Below are positions 52,615 through 64,000 of a DNA stretch of 64,000 nt, one piece after another. Source of the stretch: Octopus bimaculoides. Its lineage: Eukaryota. The stretch covers positions 2,836,120 to 2,900,119 of the forward strand of contig NC_068998.1 in the NCBI RefSeq assembly GCF_001194135.2. The letters run 5' to 3'. A program made the translations under genes and the position numbers. Every line of letters begins with the position of its first letter. Position 1 is the stretch's first letter. The notes beneath the pieces were generated by a model. It was not told where the DNA came from, searched no databases, and saw nothing but the letters and a program-made list of their open reading frames with translations.

Positions 52615-54454
52615 TGCATTAACACATATTTATAAAAATATGTCTATGTGTAAATTAGTTTATACATACCATGTATGTTTTTTGATGGTTATCTCATGTG
52701 GTACCATATGTTTCTACTTGTGAATGTGTTTATGTGTGTGTGTGTGTGTGTGTTTGTATGTGTAATGATGTTGGTGGTGATATGTGTGTATGCATGAGTG
52801 TGTGTGTCTTACTATTTCATTGTCCTGTTACGTCAATGTTAAATACTGTCACCTACTTTTCATGAATGACGATATATATATATATATATATATATAATAA
52901 TTTGTGTGGTTTATAGCTGGTAGCTTACCGGTAAAGCACATTCGCTCCAAACACACACACACACACACACACACGTATATCCTATTATCCTATTATAAAT
53001 TTGAGTGATGATTTTCTGTCTGTTACGTTTTTGTGTTCATTAATTCCTCCTAGAGCGTTGGTTAAGGACAACGAAACTCAGACCAGCAGCTCCCCTAATC
53101 CCGGGGAATGTCTTAAGGGGGCCTATTTTTTTATGGGCTGCCTAATTGGAACTGAAAAGTCCCCGTTGTTGGGTAAAAGAAAATTCCAGAGGTTCAGTTA
53201 ACTATGATTTTATTCATCATATTCTCCTCTCAGATTCACACACTTATTGCAGCGATCCTTCAGTATTTCTAAGCCCTGTAAAAGAACTTGGAAGGCTGGG
53301 CTTCCAACCAGCCCTTTCATGATACCCTTAAAGCCAAGAGCTTTTCAGCAGCCCTCATATATATACAAAGATACATTGTGGATTATATATATTTATGTAA
53401 TTATCATCATCGTTGTCATCATCAGCATCATTATCATCATATCCATGATGATATCCATGTTCCATATATGCAGAGAGAAAGAGAGGGGCGAAATAATAAC
53501 TAGTGGTTGGTGGTGGTGGTAGTGGTAGCGGTGTTGAATCTGGTGATTCTAAATAAGATTTTGTCTTGTGTCCTTTGCTGGAGACTTAATTAACGAGCTG
53601 GAGGAGGAGGTTGTAGTGGTGGTGGTGGTGGTTGTGGTGGTGGTGGGAGCATCGAAGAGACAACCACCATCGATGCCACAAGTCACCCTCTCCTCCCTCC
53701 AACGATCTCTTTTCTGTATGGCCGAGCCTCTCCCCACCCTCATGTGAGGTGGATGACATGAAAGGAGGGGCGGAAGGCATTGACTTTTGTTGGCAGTGCT
53801 GTATTGCTGGTGGTGGGGCAAGGGGAGGGGAAAGGAAGGAAACAATTTTGTGAGATGCTGTTGATGATGATGATGCTGGTGCTGCATCTGTTGAAATATG
53901 TTGTCTGATGGGATCTCCATCCATCTGTCTGACTGTCTGTCTGTCTGTCTAACGTCTGGTTGTTTGTCTCTCCATGTCTTTTTCTCTCTTTTTGTCTGTC
54001 TCTTCCCCCCCCCTCTCCCTCTCTCTCTCATTTCTATGACTTAATACTGATGTTAACCTTTAAAATTTAGGTGAACCACTTAAAAAGACAAAACAGCAAC
54101 AACAATTTCGTTGTGGATTCACTTTGAATATTTTGTTAGATTTGTAGCTTTTGTTGTTGCTTCAGACTGTTATGGTTGTTGCTGCCATTGTTACTCAAGT
54201 TATTGTTGTTTGTTCTAGATAGATACACATAGATACACATGCACACACACACACAATGGGCTTTCCACAGTTTCCATGTACCAATTCCCCTCATAGTAGT
54301 TATTTAAACCTTGGGTATACACCTGGTGGTATGCTGATTAAATCACTTTTACTGTCTGTGGCTATCTGATGTCATCTCCTCTTAAAGTTTCTGGTTTTGT
54401 ACTAAAATTTCAAAGAATTATTATTATTATTATTGATGGTACTTCTGAGGCAGA

Positions 54455-54660
54455 AATGGCGGCAGAGTTGTTTGCACATCGGACAAAATGTTTTGTGGCA
54501 TTTCTTCTGCTTTTCAACATTCTAAGTTCAGATTCCACTGAGGTGAACTTGCACGATCAATAAAAGAAGTACCAGTTGAGTACTGGGGTGAAGGGGGAGG
54601 GGTCAGTGTAATTGACTTACTCCCCCTCCCCTAACATTGCTGGTCTTGCACCAAGATTTG
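54455..54660 (+). mobile_element. SINE-like family 3 copy just upstream of exon 2
   Basis: ggcggcagagttgtttgcacatcggacaaaatg..ttctaagttcagattccactgaggtgaactt..agtaccagttgagtactggggt. Confidence 0.65.
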
Positions 54661-54732
54661 AAATAATTTATTATTGTTGTTTTTCTTTTTCTACTTTGTT
54701 TAACAACAAAATGTGACTTTTCTGTTTTCTAG

Positions 54733-54866
54733 ATTCCAACCTCTCATAGTGAAAGAATGCATTCGCACAGTTTTGACGGAGAATCTCGCTCATAAGGAAT
54801 ACAGTCCAGAGACAATGGCTGAAGACACAAGAGTTTTGGTGGAATTGATTCGAAACAAAATTAAAG
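54733..54866 (+). CDS. TCTEX1D2: Coding exon 2 (FQPLIVKECIRTVLTENLAHKEYSPETMAEDTRVLVELIRNKIK)
   Basis: Acceptor ttttctgttttctag, donor AAG|gtgagt, 134 nt, phase 2 to 1. Aligns by eye to Tctex1D2 FRPSVVKDCIHAVLKEELANAEYSPEEM. Confidence 0.93.
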
Positions 54867-55783
54867 GTGAGTCATTTATNNNNNNNNNNNNNNNNNNNNN
54901 NNNNNNNNNNNNNNNNNNNNNNNNNNNNNNNNNNNNNNNNNNNNNNNNNNNNNNNNNNNNNNNNNNNNNNNNNNNNNNNNNNNNNNNNNNNNNNNNNNNN
55001 NNNNNNNNNNNNNNNNNNNNNNNNNNNNNNNNNNNNNNNNNNNNNNNNNNNNNNNNNNNNNNNNNNNNNNNNNNNNNNNNNNNNNNNNNNNNNNNNNNNN
55101 NNNNNNNNNNNNNNNNNNNNNNNNNNNNNNNNNNNNNNNNNNNNNNNNNNNNNNNNNNNNNNNNNNNNNNNNNNNNNNNNNNNNNNNNNNNNNNNNNNNN
55201 NNNNNNNNNNNNNNNNNNNNNNNNNNNNNNNNNNNNNNNNNNNNNNNNNNNNNNNNNNNNNNNNNNNNNNNNNNNNNNNNNNNNNNNNNNNNNNNNNNNN
55301 NNNNNNNNNNNNNNNNNNNNNNNNNNNNNNNNNNNNNNNNNNNNNNNNNNNNNNNNNNNNNNNNNNNNNNNNNNNNNNNNNNNNNNNNNNNNNNNNNNNN
55401 NNNNNNNNNNNNNNNNNNNNNNNNNNNNNNNNNNNNNNNNNNNNNNNNNNNNNNNNNNNNNNNNNNNNNNNNNNNNNNNNNNNNNNNNNNNNNNNNNNNN
55501 NNNNNNNNNNNNNNNNNNNNNNNNNNNNNNNNNNNNNNNNNNNNNNNNNNNNNNNNNNNNNNNNNNNNNNNNNNNNNNNNNNNNNNNNNNNNNNNNNNNN
55601 NNNNNNNNNNNNNNNNNNNNNNNNNNNNNNNNNNNNNNNNNNNNNNNNNNNNNNNNNNNNNNNNNNNNNNNNNNNNNNNNNNNNNNNNNNNNNNNNNNNN
55701 NNNNNNNNNNNNNNNNNNNNNNNNNNNNNNNNNNNNNNNNNNNNNNNNNNNNNNNNNNNNNNNNNNNNNNNNNNNNNNNNNNN

Positions 55784-55819
<36 letters not shown>

Positions 55820-56320
55820 TATATATAAGAAATAAGTAGTTTTGTAATTAACATAACTTACTAAATAACTTTAACAGATTTATATTAAACCCATCTTGTA
55901 AACAGTGCAAATATATTATATTAAAGTAGTCTTGTAATTAACATAATTTATTATATAATATGAACAACCTTATATAAAATTAGTCTTGCATATAACACTA
56001 TTACATAACATTAACAGCCTTCTATCGAAGACTTTTAAAACAACACAGTCTCATATATATTACTTACATTAGTCTTGGAATTAACATAATTTATTAAATG
56101 ACACTAATATACAATTACATATATTTATATAAGTGTGTGTGTGTGTGTGTGAAATTGATAAAACAAATACAATTTCTGATAAAAATTTAGTTTCATCTTG
56201 ATTAAAATAACACCACTCCCACTCAATTTGATGTTTTAGTTTCCCTCAACCAGCATGACTGAAATGAAGCTAATTGTGTTTTATTATGTGTAAGATATGT
56301 ATGTATAAATTCTGTTTCAG

Positions 56321-56390
56321 ATTTAGCCTATGATCGATACAAAATCATTGTACAAGTTTATATTGGAGAATACAGAGGTCAGGGTATCAA
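56321..56390 (+). CDS. TCTEX1D2: Coding exon 3 (DLAYDRYKIIVQVYIGEYRGQGIK)
   Basis: Acceptor tctgtttcag, donor AA|gtgagt, 70 nt, phase 1 to 2. Contains the Tctex1 family signature RYKxxVQVxIGExRGxG. Confidence 0.95.
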
Positions 56391-56423
56391 GTGAGTACAT
56401 CTCTTTGATTTGTTATTATTATT

Positions 56424-56630
56424 GGGGATGCATGGCCTAGTGGTTATAGTGTTGTACTCACGATCACTAGACCGTGGTTTCAATTCCTAGACTGGGTGGT
56501 GCATTGTGTTCTGGAGCAAAACACTTCATCTCACGTTGCTCTGTGATCACTTTGACACCTGACGTGTGGCACACCTGTGTGCACCTGTTCATAAAATATT
56601 GATTTGATGGAGCAAGAGTGAGCTAATAAT
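56424..56630 (+). mobile_element. tRNA-derived SINE family 2 copy in intron 3
   Basis: A-box TGGCCTAGTGG (56432), degenerate B-box ggtttcaattcc (56476), then tgtgttctggagcaaaacacttcatctcac. Starts 33 nt after the exon 3 donor. Confidence 0.65.
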
Positions 56631-56948
56631 GTGAAACATGTTGCATGGGGCCAAATCAAACTGGTTTAAATAATGTATACTGAGAGAGAGAGAGAGAGAG
56701 AAAGAGTAATGGAGATAAACACAGCTCAGCTTAATATAAATATATTTGCATGGAGCACACAAGATACAAAATGAAATATGAAGAAAATATGTAATTAACT
56801 TGACATCTGTTTCAGGAAGCCCAGACTCATGTCATAATGATTATTCCTGAAAAAGCTGTTGAGATAAGAAATCGTTTTATTCGGTAATTTTTTTTCTTTG
56901 TGCTCTATGTAACATTGCTTTTTTTTCTTTTATTTTCTTTTTTTATAG

Positions 56949-57012
56949 GATAGCAAGCCGGAAGTTCTGGGATGCTGACACAGACAACTTTGCTGTGGAT
57001 GTTTATACAAAT
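56949..57012 (+). CDS. TCTEX1D2: Coding exon 4 (IASRKFWDADTDNFAVDVYTN)
   Basis: Long T-rich tract plus tag acceptor, donor AAT|gtaagt, 64 nt, phase 2 to 0. Contains the Tctex1 signature ASRxFWDxxTD. Confidence 0.95.
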
Positions 57013-57250
57013 GTAAGTATGTGTTTATGTGTGTATACATATATATATATATTTCTTTATTGCCCACAGGAGGCTAAACATAGAGGTGATAAACAAGGAC
57101 AGACAAAGAGATTAAGTCGATAACATCGACCCCAGTGCGTAACTGGTACTGTAACAGATATTTCCTTGACACTGATTGTTTTTTTTTGGAAAAAATATAT
57201 GTAAGTGAAAAATGCTTATTTTTATTTTGTTTCCTCCTCATCTCTTTCAG

Positions 57251-57298
57251 AATTCCCTGTTCTGTGTAGCAATGGCTTGTGGTGTTTATTACTACTGA
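57251..57298 (+). CDS. TCTEX1D2: Coding exon 5 (NSLFCVAMACGVYYY-stop)
   Basis: Acceptor tctctttcag, phase 0. The SLFCV...G.YY C-terminus is typical of the family. TGA at 57296-57298. Total CDS 360 nt = 119 aa plus stop. Confidence 0.94.
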   Translation, partial: NSLFCVAMACGVYYY

Positions 57299-57331
57299 TG
57301 GCACAACAACACTTCTTGTCATACACATTGG

Positions 57332-57362
57332 GTAAGTATATAACAACAATAACAACAATTGC

Positions 57363-57399
<37 letters not shown>

Positions 57400-57440
57400 G
57401 TATGTATATTTAATCCTGTTTTCCATTTTATCTTTTTCAG
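57332..57440 (+). other. TCTEX1D2: Probable 3' UTR intron (109 nt)
   Basis: Consensus donor TGG|gtaagt at 57332 and acceptor ttccattttatctttttcag at 57440. Interior is an (AAT)n microsatellite. Confidence 0.6.
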
Positions 57441-57950
57441 GATGGAATATCTTCCTTTCTCAAGCCTCGTTCTAACGAGACTTTCTTTGACACCACTCCC
57501 CTTTCCTTCTCCATCCCACCAGTGCCTTACCAAAATTGTTCACGATGACGACCAGGACGACATCAAAGGATCAGACTGCACCAAGTCGGTCGGTCAACTT
57601 GGGAAACACAAACGTCTCTGGAGTTCCTTAAGATGAGAAGCCATCCTAATGACCGAAGTAACACCACCACCACCAACTACTGCTATCACTGCCACCACCA
57701 CCATCACTACTTCCTCCTTGTGTCATCTGGATCTTAAAGCATTGTGTTGCTCTTAATCCCCCGTCACCACCACCCTTTCATGGTGCTCCCTCCCACTACA
57801 CCTCTTCTGGTGAATCGTCATGTTTACTGCTGTTCAATCATTTCCACCTCCTCCTCCTCCCCTTCTCCCTCCCTTCAGCCTGCATCCACCTCCACCACCA
57901 CCATTGCTATCACCCTCATCTGTTATTGACTTCCTTCAAGGAAATGAAAT

Positions 57951-57970
57951 AATAAAATGTAAATAATAAA
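57951..57970 (+). promoter_or_regulatory. Candidate polyadenylation signals (two AATAAA)
   Basis: AATAAA at 57951-57956 and 57965-57970, downstream of the last exon and followed by T/GT-rich sequence. AT-rich context raises the chance rate. Confidence 0.45.
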
Positions 57971-58069
57971 AAGAAATTGTTTGGATTGGAGTTAATTTAA
58001 CATCAAACTGAATTCTGGGTAAACGGTTGTGTTCTTGGAATTTTGGACATCAACCAATCCCCTTTCTGT

Positions 58070-58310
58070 GTTTGGATGTGGCGCCTGAAGGGTGTTGGAC
58101 TGATGATTGTAAGATTGTGGTTTCAATTCCTGGCCTGGGCAATACCTGGTGTTCTTGAGCAACACACTTCACTTCACATTCCTCCAGTCCACTCAGCTGG
58201 CGAAATGTGTTTTCCTGCAATCGATTGGCATCCCATCCAGTGGGGTAACATTTGCACCAGAGAATCTGAGAAACCGGCCCCTATGACTCAGGAAGGAGCT
58301 GTATCCTTTT
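58070..58310 (+). mobile_element. tRNA-derived SINE family 2 copy
   Basis: ggtttcaattcctggcctgg..gtgttcttgagcaacacacttcacttcacattcctccagtccactcagctg, homologous to the 29625 and 56424 copies. Confidence 0.65.
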
Positions 58311-59439
58311 AATAAACAGGTCGTCCACTGAGTCTCATTATTGAAACCAACACAAGTTCATTTACTTAATTAATCTTTAGTGATCAGATCTTTCTACATG
58401 TGTTAATAAACAGGATTACAATCTGGTGTTGAGTTGATACAGATCGAATGAACCCAAAATCTGGAATTTAAACAGAAAAAAATATTTACTCTTACCAGTA
58501 ACAACTAAATGTTGTTGTTACTACACACGACAAAGAAAAGATGTTTACACCAAAATAGTTTGAAGTTTATACGGGCTGTTGTTGGATCAGGTTTAATAGT
58601 AGTTCCTGTTGTGTGTTACTTTGAGTCAGCTGGTGCCTTCTTTGTCATCTACCACTGTCTGGTTGCTATGGAGAGTTTTCTGCTACTGTCTGCTCTAGAT
58701 TCCACTGGCTGGTGGCTAACAAAAATGTTCTGAATATATAGTCTGTCTTTTTCAGAAAGATTAGATCCGGTTTGAGTAGAAATTTAAGTGGTTAAGTGGT
58801 TTGATGGTAACAGCATTATCTGAGTGAACTGCATTTGTGTTCTTTAGTTTTCTACCAAACACAGAGATCTGGGTTCAATTTCTAGGTGTTTTGGGACTAC
58901 CAAAGATTCCTGCTACAAATCCATTATCTAATTTAACATTGCTATCAACTGGTCCTTGAGGGCCCCTTAGGGTCATGTTTTGTAACCCCTTTCAGAATTA
59001 CCCCCAAACTGGTCATGAGCACTGGCCTACTTTATTTGACAAAATAATTAATAAAACAATAACAATTAAATAAAACACAAACTCATGGACGTGTGTGTGT
59101 GTGTATGTAAACCAAAATAATTATTTAAAATTTTGGTACAAGGCCAGCAATTTTAAGGGAGAGAGACGGGTTGAGGCTGTCAGTTCCTTATTTAACCCTT
59201 TAGCATTCAAAATAATCTGTCAAATGCATGGCCCTTTGATTGACATTCTTTTGAATTAATCATACATTATCCTTAAGCTTTCGATGTGATTGTTTATTTT
59301 TAGAATGACATTGTAGGATAGGTGTGACAGACTGGATCTGGCCAGTTTAAATGCTAAAGGAATAGAAAACAGGTGAAATTAGCAACATGAAAGGCTATCC
59401 ATCTTTAAAATAATGCCTTAATAATAATGGTTTCCAGTT

Positions 59440-59640
59440 TTGGCACAAGTCCAGCAGGTTTAGGGAAGGGAGTAAGTGGATTAGATCGACCCCAGTGCAT
59501 AACTGGTACTTATTTCATTGACCCCGAAAGGATGAAAGTCAAAGTCGACCTTGGTGGAATTTGAACTCAGAACATAGCGGCAGACGAGATACCGCTAAGC
59601 ATTTCACCTGGCGTGCTAACGATTCTGCCAGCTCATCACC
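59440..59640 (-). mobile_element. SINE-like family 3 copy (gctggcagaatcgttagcacgcc..gttctgagttcaaatt..aggtcgactttgcctttcatcctttcggggtc..agtaccagtt)
   Basis: B-box-like GTTCTGAGTTCAAAT. Further copies at about 8505-8660(-), 14960-15020(+), 26750-26875(-), 30505-30620(-), 41620-41815(-), 45170-45310(+), 47110-47200(+), 54455-54660(+), 57058-57150(-) and 63655-63835(-). Confidence 0.75.
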
Positions 59641-62423
59641 TTAAACAATACCTTAATAATAAACATGTCCAACCCATGCCAGCATAGGGGAAAAAACCCC
59701 CGCCTCAAAAACAAAGACATAAAACAAACGAGCAATATCATTGGCTGAATTCCAGAGACCCAGCATTCAACAATGTATTAGTGGCAACAAGTCCAGTGAA
59801 ATATGGAAGTACAAAAATGATATAACACGTTAACTGTATACTTTATTTGTTTCAAAGACGTCTCTTGGTGAGATGGAGACTGTCAGACATTGAATGTACA
59901 AAGGAATTGTTACGACTTAGTAACAAGCATCAACTCGTCAAGATTCAACGTGGTTCTGTGATGGTTAAGGTCCAATAATCAGCTTTAACTCCTTCGTGGT
60001 GATGTCACTTAATTTGTAGACTTGCTGCTTGATGTTTTAATTAAACTTCATTATAATCAAGATTTTGGAGGGTTTCAATGAAAACATCTGAAACTTGTAT
60101 ATCAGAGTTGACCAACGATTGTACAGTTGACTTGGCCATCTGATGCAAGTGTATATATGTATATGTGTATATATTATTCTCAACCCAACTCTCCCATATA
60201 CATTATATGCACTGTTTGTTTACAGGGCATACTCTTTAGTGTTCAGGTTGTTTTGAATTAATCCTGTATTATCTTGCAGCTTTGAGATTTTGATGAGGTA
60301 ACAAAACTTTAAAATTGCATTAATCCAAAGCTGTTATTAAATAATAGATATCAAAATCTGTTGATTTGTTGGACTCCGATGAAGATAGCATCGTAACAGT
60401 CATTCACTATATTTCCAACCAACCAAACAATTGATTAAAATGAACCATGAACACACTCAAAATGAATATCTGAAACAACTGTAAGTCTATACTGCACAAC
60501 ACACAAAACTCTCAGATTGTGAGTCACTCAGTTACTTCTGCTAAATATTAATATATACACACACACACACGTAGCTTATTTTACTGGTTTCAGTTGTTGG
60601 ATTATGACCATGCTGGGGCACCACATTTAAAGCTTCCTTGAGTCATACTTACCCCAAGACAATGAACTACAAAAATCGACATTCACATGAAGGGAGATAA
60701 TTCAGTCAAACTTCAATACACAAGTTTTGTTTGAATGAATTGACTCTCACACCATCTTCATAAAGAAACATGGTAAGCAAGCTGAAACTTCGAAGTTACT
60801 GTCAACCTTTTCCATGTAAAAGTTTAATGAATATGTACTCTACTAAAAAGTATTGAGTAATTCTTCAGTTTAATGTTAAATTTTTTTTAATATATAATTT
60901 CACTTAAAAACAAACATTTATGAACATATGTTCAGGTATATATATATACATACATACATACACACACACATATATAGATGTAGTTCATAGATGAAAATCA
61001 GATATTCTCCATAGTGAATACACTTAGTAATGCTCAAGAGATTTAAACTTGAGCGGGTTTAGAGGTGAACGTAGGGATAAACGATTTTGAACGGATCAAT
61101 ATATAAAGTACATTAATACAAAAAATGTATATACGTATACATATAAGAACAGCTGTTGGATTTGTAATACTGTTCCTGCACCCCTTTAATTCCCTATATC
61201 ATTTGTACCCTGTGGAATCAGACCTTTTTATATGTAAACATACATTTTTTTTGTATTTCATGTATTCAATACACTTTATATATTGATCTAACTTTCCGTA
61301 CATTTACTTCCATATGTAGATGTATATACTTAGAAACAAACATTAAGTTCATTATATATACATACATACATATATATATACACACACAAATATGTGTGTG
61401 ACTGAGTGTGTGTGTATGTATATATACAGACATATGCACAAGTTGGTTTTGACTAAGTGTTCCTCAACTTCACTCCCAAGATATTGGTCAACATGAGAAT
61501 ATAGAAGACAATAGACCAAGGTGCCCTATGTTGGGATTGAACTGGGAACCATGTGGTTACAAAGTGAACTCCATGCCAATCCTTATAGTCATACATACAA
61601 AATACATGTAGCATATATAGTGTTGTACATGTTTAGAAAGAGACATATACATACAGTGCACATGGTAACACGTTGTGGACTATGAATGTGCATGCATGAG
61701 TTTATGCATGCATGCATGTATATGTGTGTATATATATACATATAGTATGTAGATAGGGTTATAATAGCAAGCTGTGTCCCTATGAATTGAATCAGCTTAT
61801 TCCAGTCCTCCAAAATTGAATGTAGATGTTATTATTCGTGAGCCATGTATAAAGAGTTGAAAAATATTGGGAAATAGCTTTTTGCAGAATAATTACATAT
61901 CAAAGGACGAAATTGGAAAAACATTTGGGGTATTATCTATTAACTATTACATGTGTTTCATATCTTACATGTTTCTCCTACATGTAGCACTGTTGCAATT
62001 CCTATTAGCAAATGAAGCATGTGTAATGGTGAATAAATAATACTAAAATTTTTTTCCAATCTCCAATTTTGATCCAAATATCAAACGCACACAGATAGTT
62101 CTTTTTCCTTTCCAGTTGGAGGCTTAATAAGTGTATAAGACCAATTATCTGTGCATATCTTCTGTATAACTCTGTACCAACATGACACTTTTAATTTGGT
62201 GGCTGGGCTGCAGATACAGATTTGACTGCTGATGGATTTGGAGACTGGATTACCTGGATTTCAACATTGACTGAGACTTATTTGCCAGCCTGGGGCATCT
62301 TTATCTACAGAGAGCTTATCAAATATTTCACCTGGATCGCTCAGCCCTTGTTTTGATATATACACACTTATACATATATATACACGCATACATATACGTG
62401 TATATATATATATATATATATAC

Positions 62424-62459
<36 letters not shown>

Positions 62460-64000
62460 GTGTATNNNNNNNNNNTATATATATATATATATATACATGT
62501 GTATATATATATACATACATACATGTGTATATATATATATATATCTATATCTATATATATTTACACATGTATGTACAAATAAATATACATATAAAACCAT
62601 TCATGCATACATCATATACATACATATGTACACTTTAACCCATTTTGGTATAATGTATGTATATAAATATAAATGTACCTGCAATACATAAACACACACA
62701 CACGTACATGTGATGTGAAAGAATAAAAATCAATTTTTTTTCTTTCTTTGCTATTTTTTTCTCCAACTTATTTTTTTCTTGATATTAAAAAATAAATGTT
62801 AATTAATTAAGGAAAAAAAAACTCCACAAAAATCTTTAACAAATTCTGTCTTGGAAATCCCAGTCGAAGATTCTCCAAGAAATGGTAGTGGCGGTGGTGA
62901 AAGAAAAAAAATAAAATAAAAACAAAAATAAAACAGAAAAACCAAACAATAACAAAAACAACAAAACAAGAAATGAAACATATGAACAGCTTTAAACAAA
63001 AGAAAAAAAAGAATAATAAAAGAACAATTAATTTAAGATATTAATTAACTAAAAGTATGCAAAGAATAAAATACAATTNNNNNNNNNNGAGGGTGGTGGT
63101 ATTTATTCATGTCTTGTCTAAAATATTTGGATAACTTTTATGTTTCACTTGTTTTGAGCATTAGACTGTGGCCATGATGGAGCAGCGCCTTGTAGAATTC
63201 TGGTTAAACGAATTGATTCCAGTACTTATTGGGTTTTTTAAAGCCCGGTATGAATTCTATTGCTGAACTGCTGAAATGCTATGGCGACATAAACACACCA
63301 ATGCCGGTTACCAAGGGGGGACAAACACCGACACAAAGACAGAACATGTGTGTGTGTGTTTTCCTTGTGACCTTAGAGGGTTAAATGCAGCCACTCTCCC
63401 CATTCAGGAAAGAACCAAATAAATATAATACTCTGATGTATTCAGTCTGCTACTCAACCACTTCTACCACTTTGCCGCCTTCGTTACAGTAATAATAATA
63501 ATAATAATAATAAAAATAATAATGATGGTGATGACAAGAAATATAATAATAATAATAATAATAATAATGATGATGACAAGAAATATGATAATAATAATAA
63601 TAATGATGATGATGACAAGAAATATGATAATAATAATAATAATAGTGGTTGCAAGCATTGGCACAAGGCCAGCAGTTTTAAGGGGGTCGGGGCGGGGGTA
63701 AGTCAACTACATCGACCCCTGAAAGGATGAAAGGCAAAAAAAAATCAATCCTGGTAGAATTTGGACTCAGAACGTTGAAGCCAGGAGAAATGTTGCGAAG
63801 CATCTTGTTTGGTGTGCTGACGATTCTGCCAGAATGATAATGATAATAATAATAATAATTGGAAAGAGAAAGAGAGAAATGATGAGAAGATAAAAATGAC
63901 AAAAAACAAGGAAGAAAAGAAAAGAAAAAAAAAAAGGAAACTAAAAAACAAAAACAATTGTATAATGAAAAATGTCACAAGATATTATGTCTGTGGTTTT

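Noticed and set aside
58663-58676. GTTGCTATGGAGAG X-box-like site downstream of the gene
   Set aside because: Only one half-site matches, and it is not near a supported promoter.
59840-60480. Possible last exon of a minus-strand gene (short frames such as MAKSTVQSLVNSDIQVSDVFIETLQNLDYNEV, AATAAA near 59842)
   Set aside because: All frames are short and unrecognised, and I could not build a consistent splice model.
62195-62356. 53-codon Trp-rich open frame (FGGWAADTDL...WIAQPLF)
   Set aside because: No start codon or convincing acceptor, and no family recognised; the length is within chance.
1-64000. Most ORFs in the supplied six-frame track, including all those over 200 aa
   Set aside because: They are translations of microsatellites, purine or pyrimidine tracts, or N gaps (YIYI, SLSL, XXXX), or fall inside repeats.
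1-64000. CRISPR array, rRNA or intact tRNA genes
   Set aside because: No repeat-spacer structure is present. The tRNA-like A/B boxes belong to SINE heads and lack a full cloverleaf.

Overview
Eukaryotic, AT-rich, microsatellite-dense draft assembly with many N gaps (largest about 15599-16529, 18317-19142, 21292-22212, 27945-28890, 39266-39736, 54880-55783). The repeat landscape looks like an octopus/coleoid cephalopod genome; this is inference from recognition, not a search result. One gene can be built exon by exon: a + strand TCTEX1D2/DYNLT2B-like Tctex1-family dynein light chain with 5 coding exons (37472-37515, 54733-54866, 56321-56390, 56949-57012, 57251-57298). All introns are GT-AG with compatible phases, giving 119 aa: MSSSVHMIRPLYRNKFQPLIVKECIRTVLTENLAHKEYSPETMAEDTRVLVELIRNKIKDLAYDRYKIIVQVYIGEYRGQGIKIASRKFWDADTDNFAVDVYTNNSLFCVAMACGVYYY. 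It has a 17.2 kb first intron, a probable 3' UTR intron, and a tandem X-box plus forkhead motif about 470 bp upstream. The rest is SINE-like families, decayed CR1-type and RTE-type LINE fragments, MITE/foldback elements, minisatellites and simple repeats. Almost all ORFs in the supplied track are microsatellite or gap artefacts. I found no clearly new biological system. The best leads are a hammerhead-like core inside a young MITE, a pre-miRNA-like hairpin, the in-frame sequence behind the stop codon of the dynein light chain gene, and the ciliary-type promoter module.
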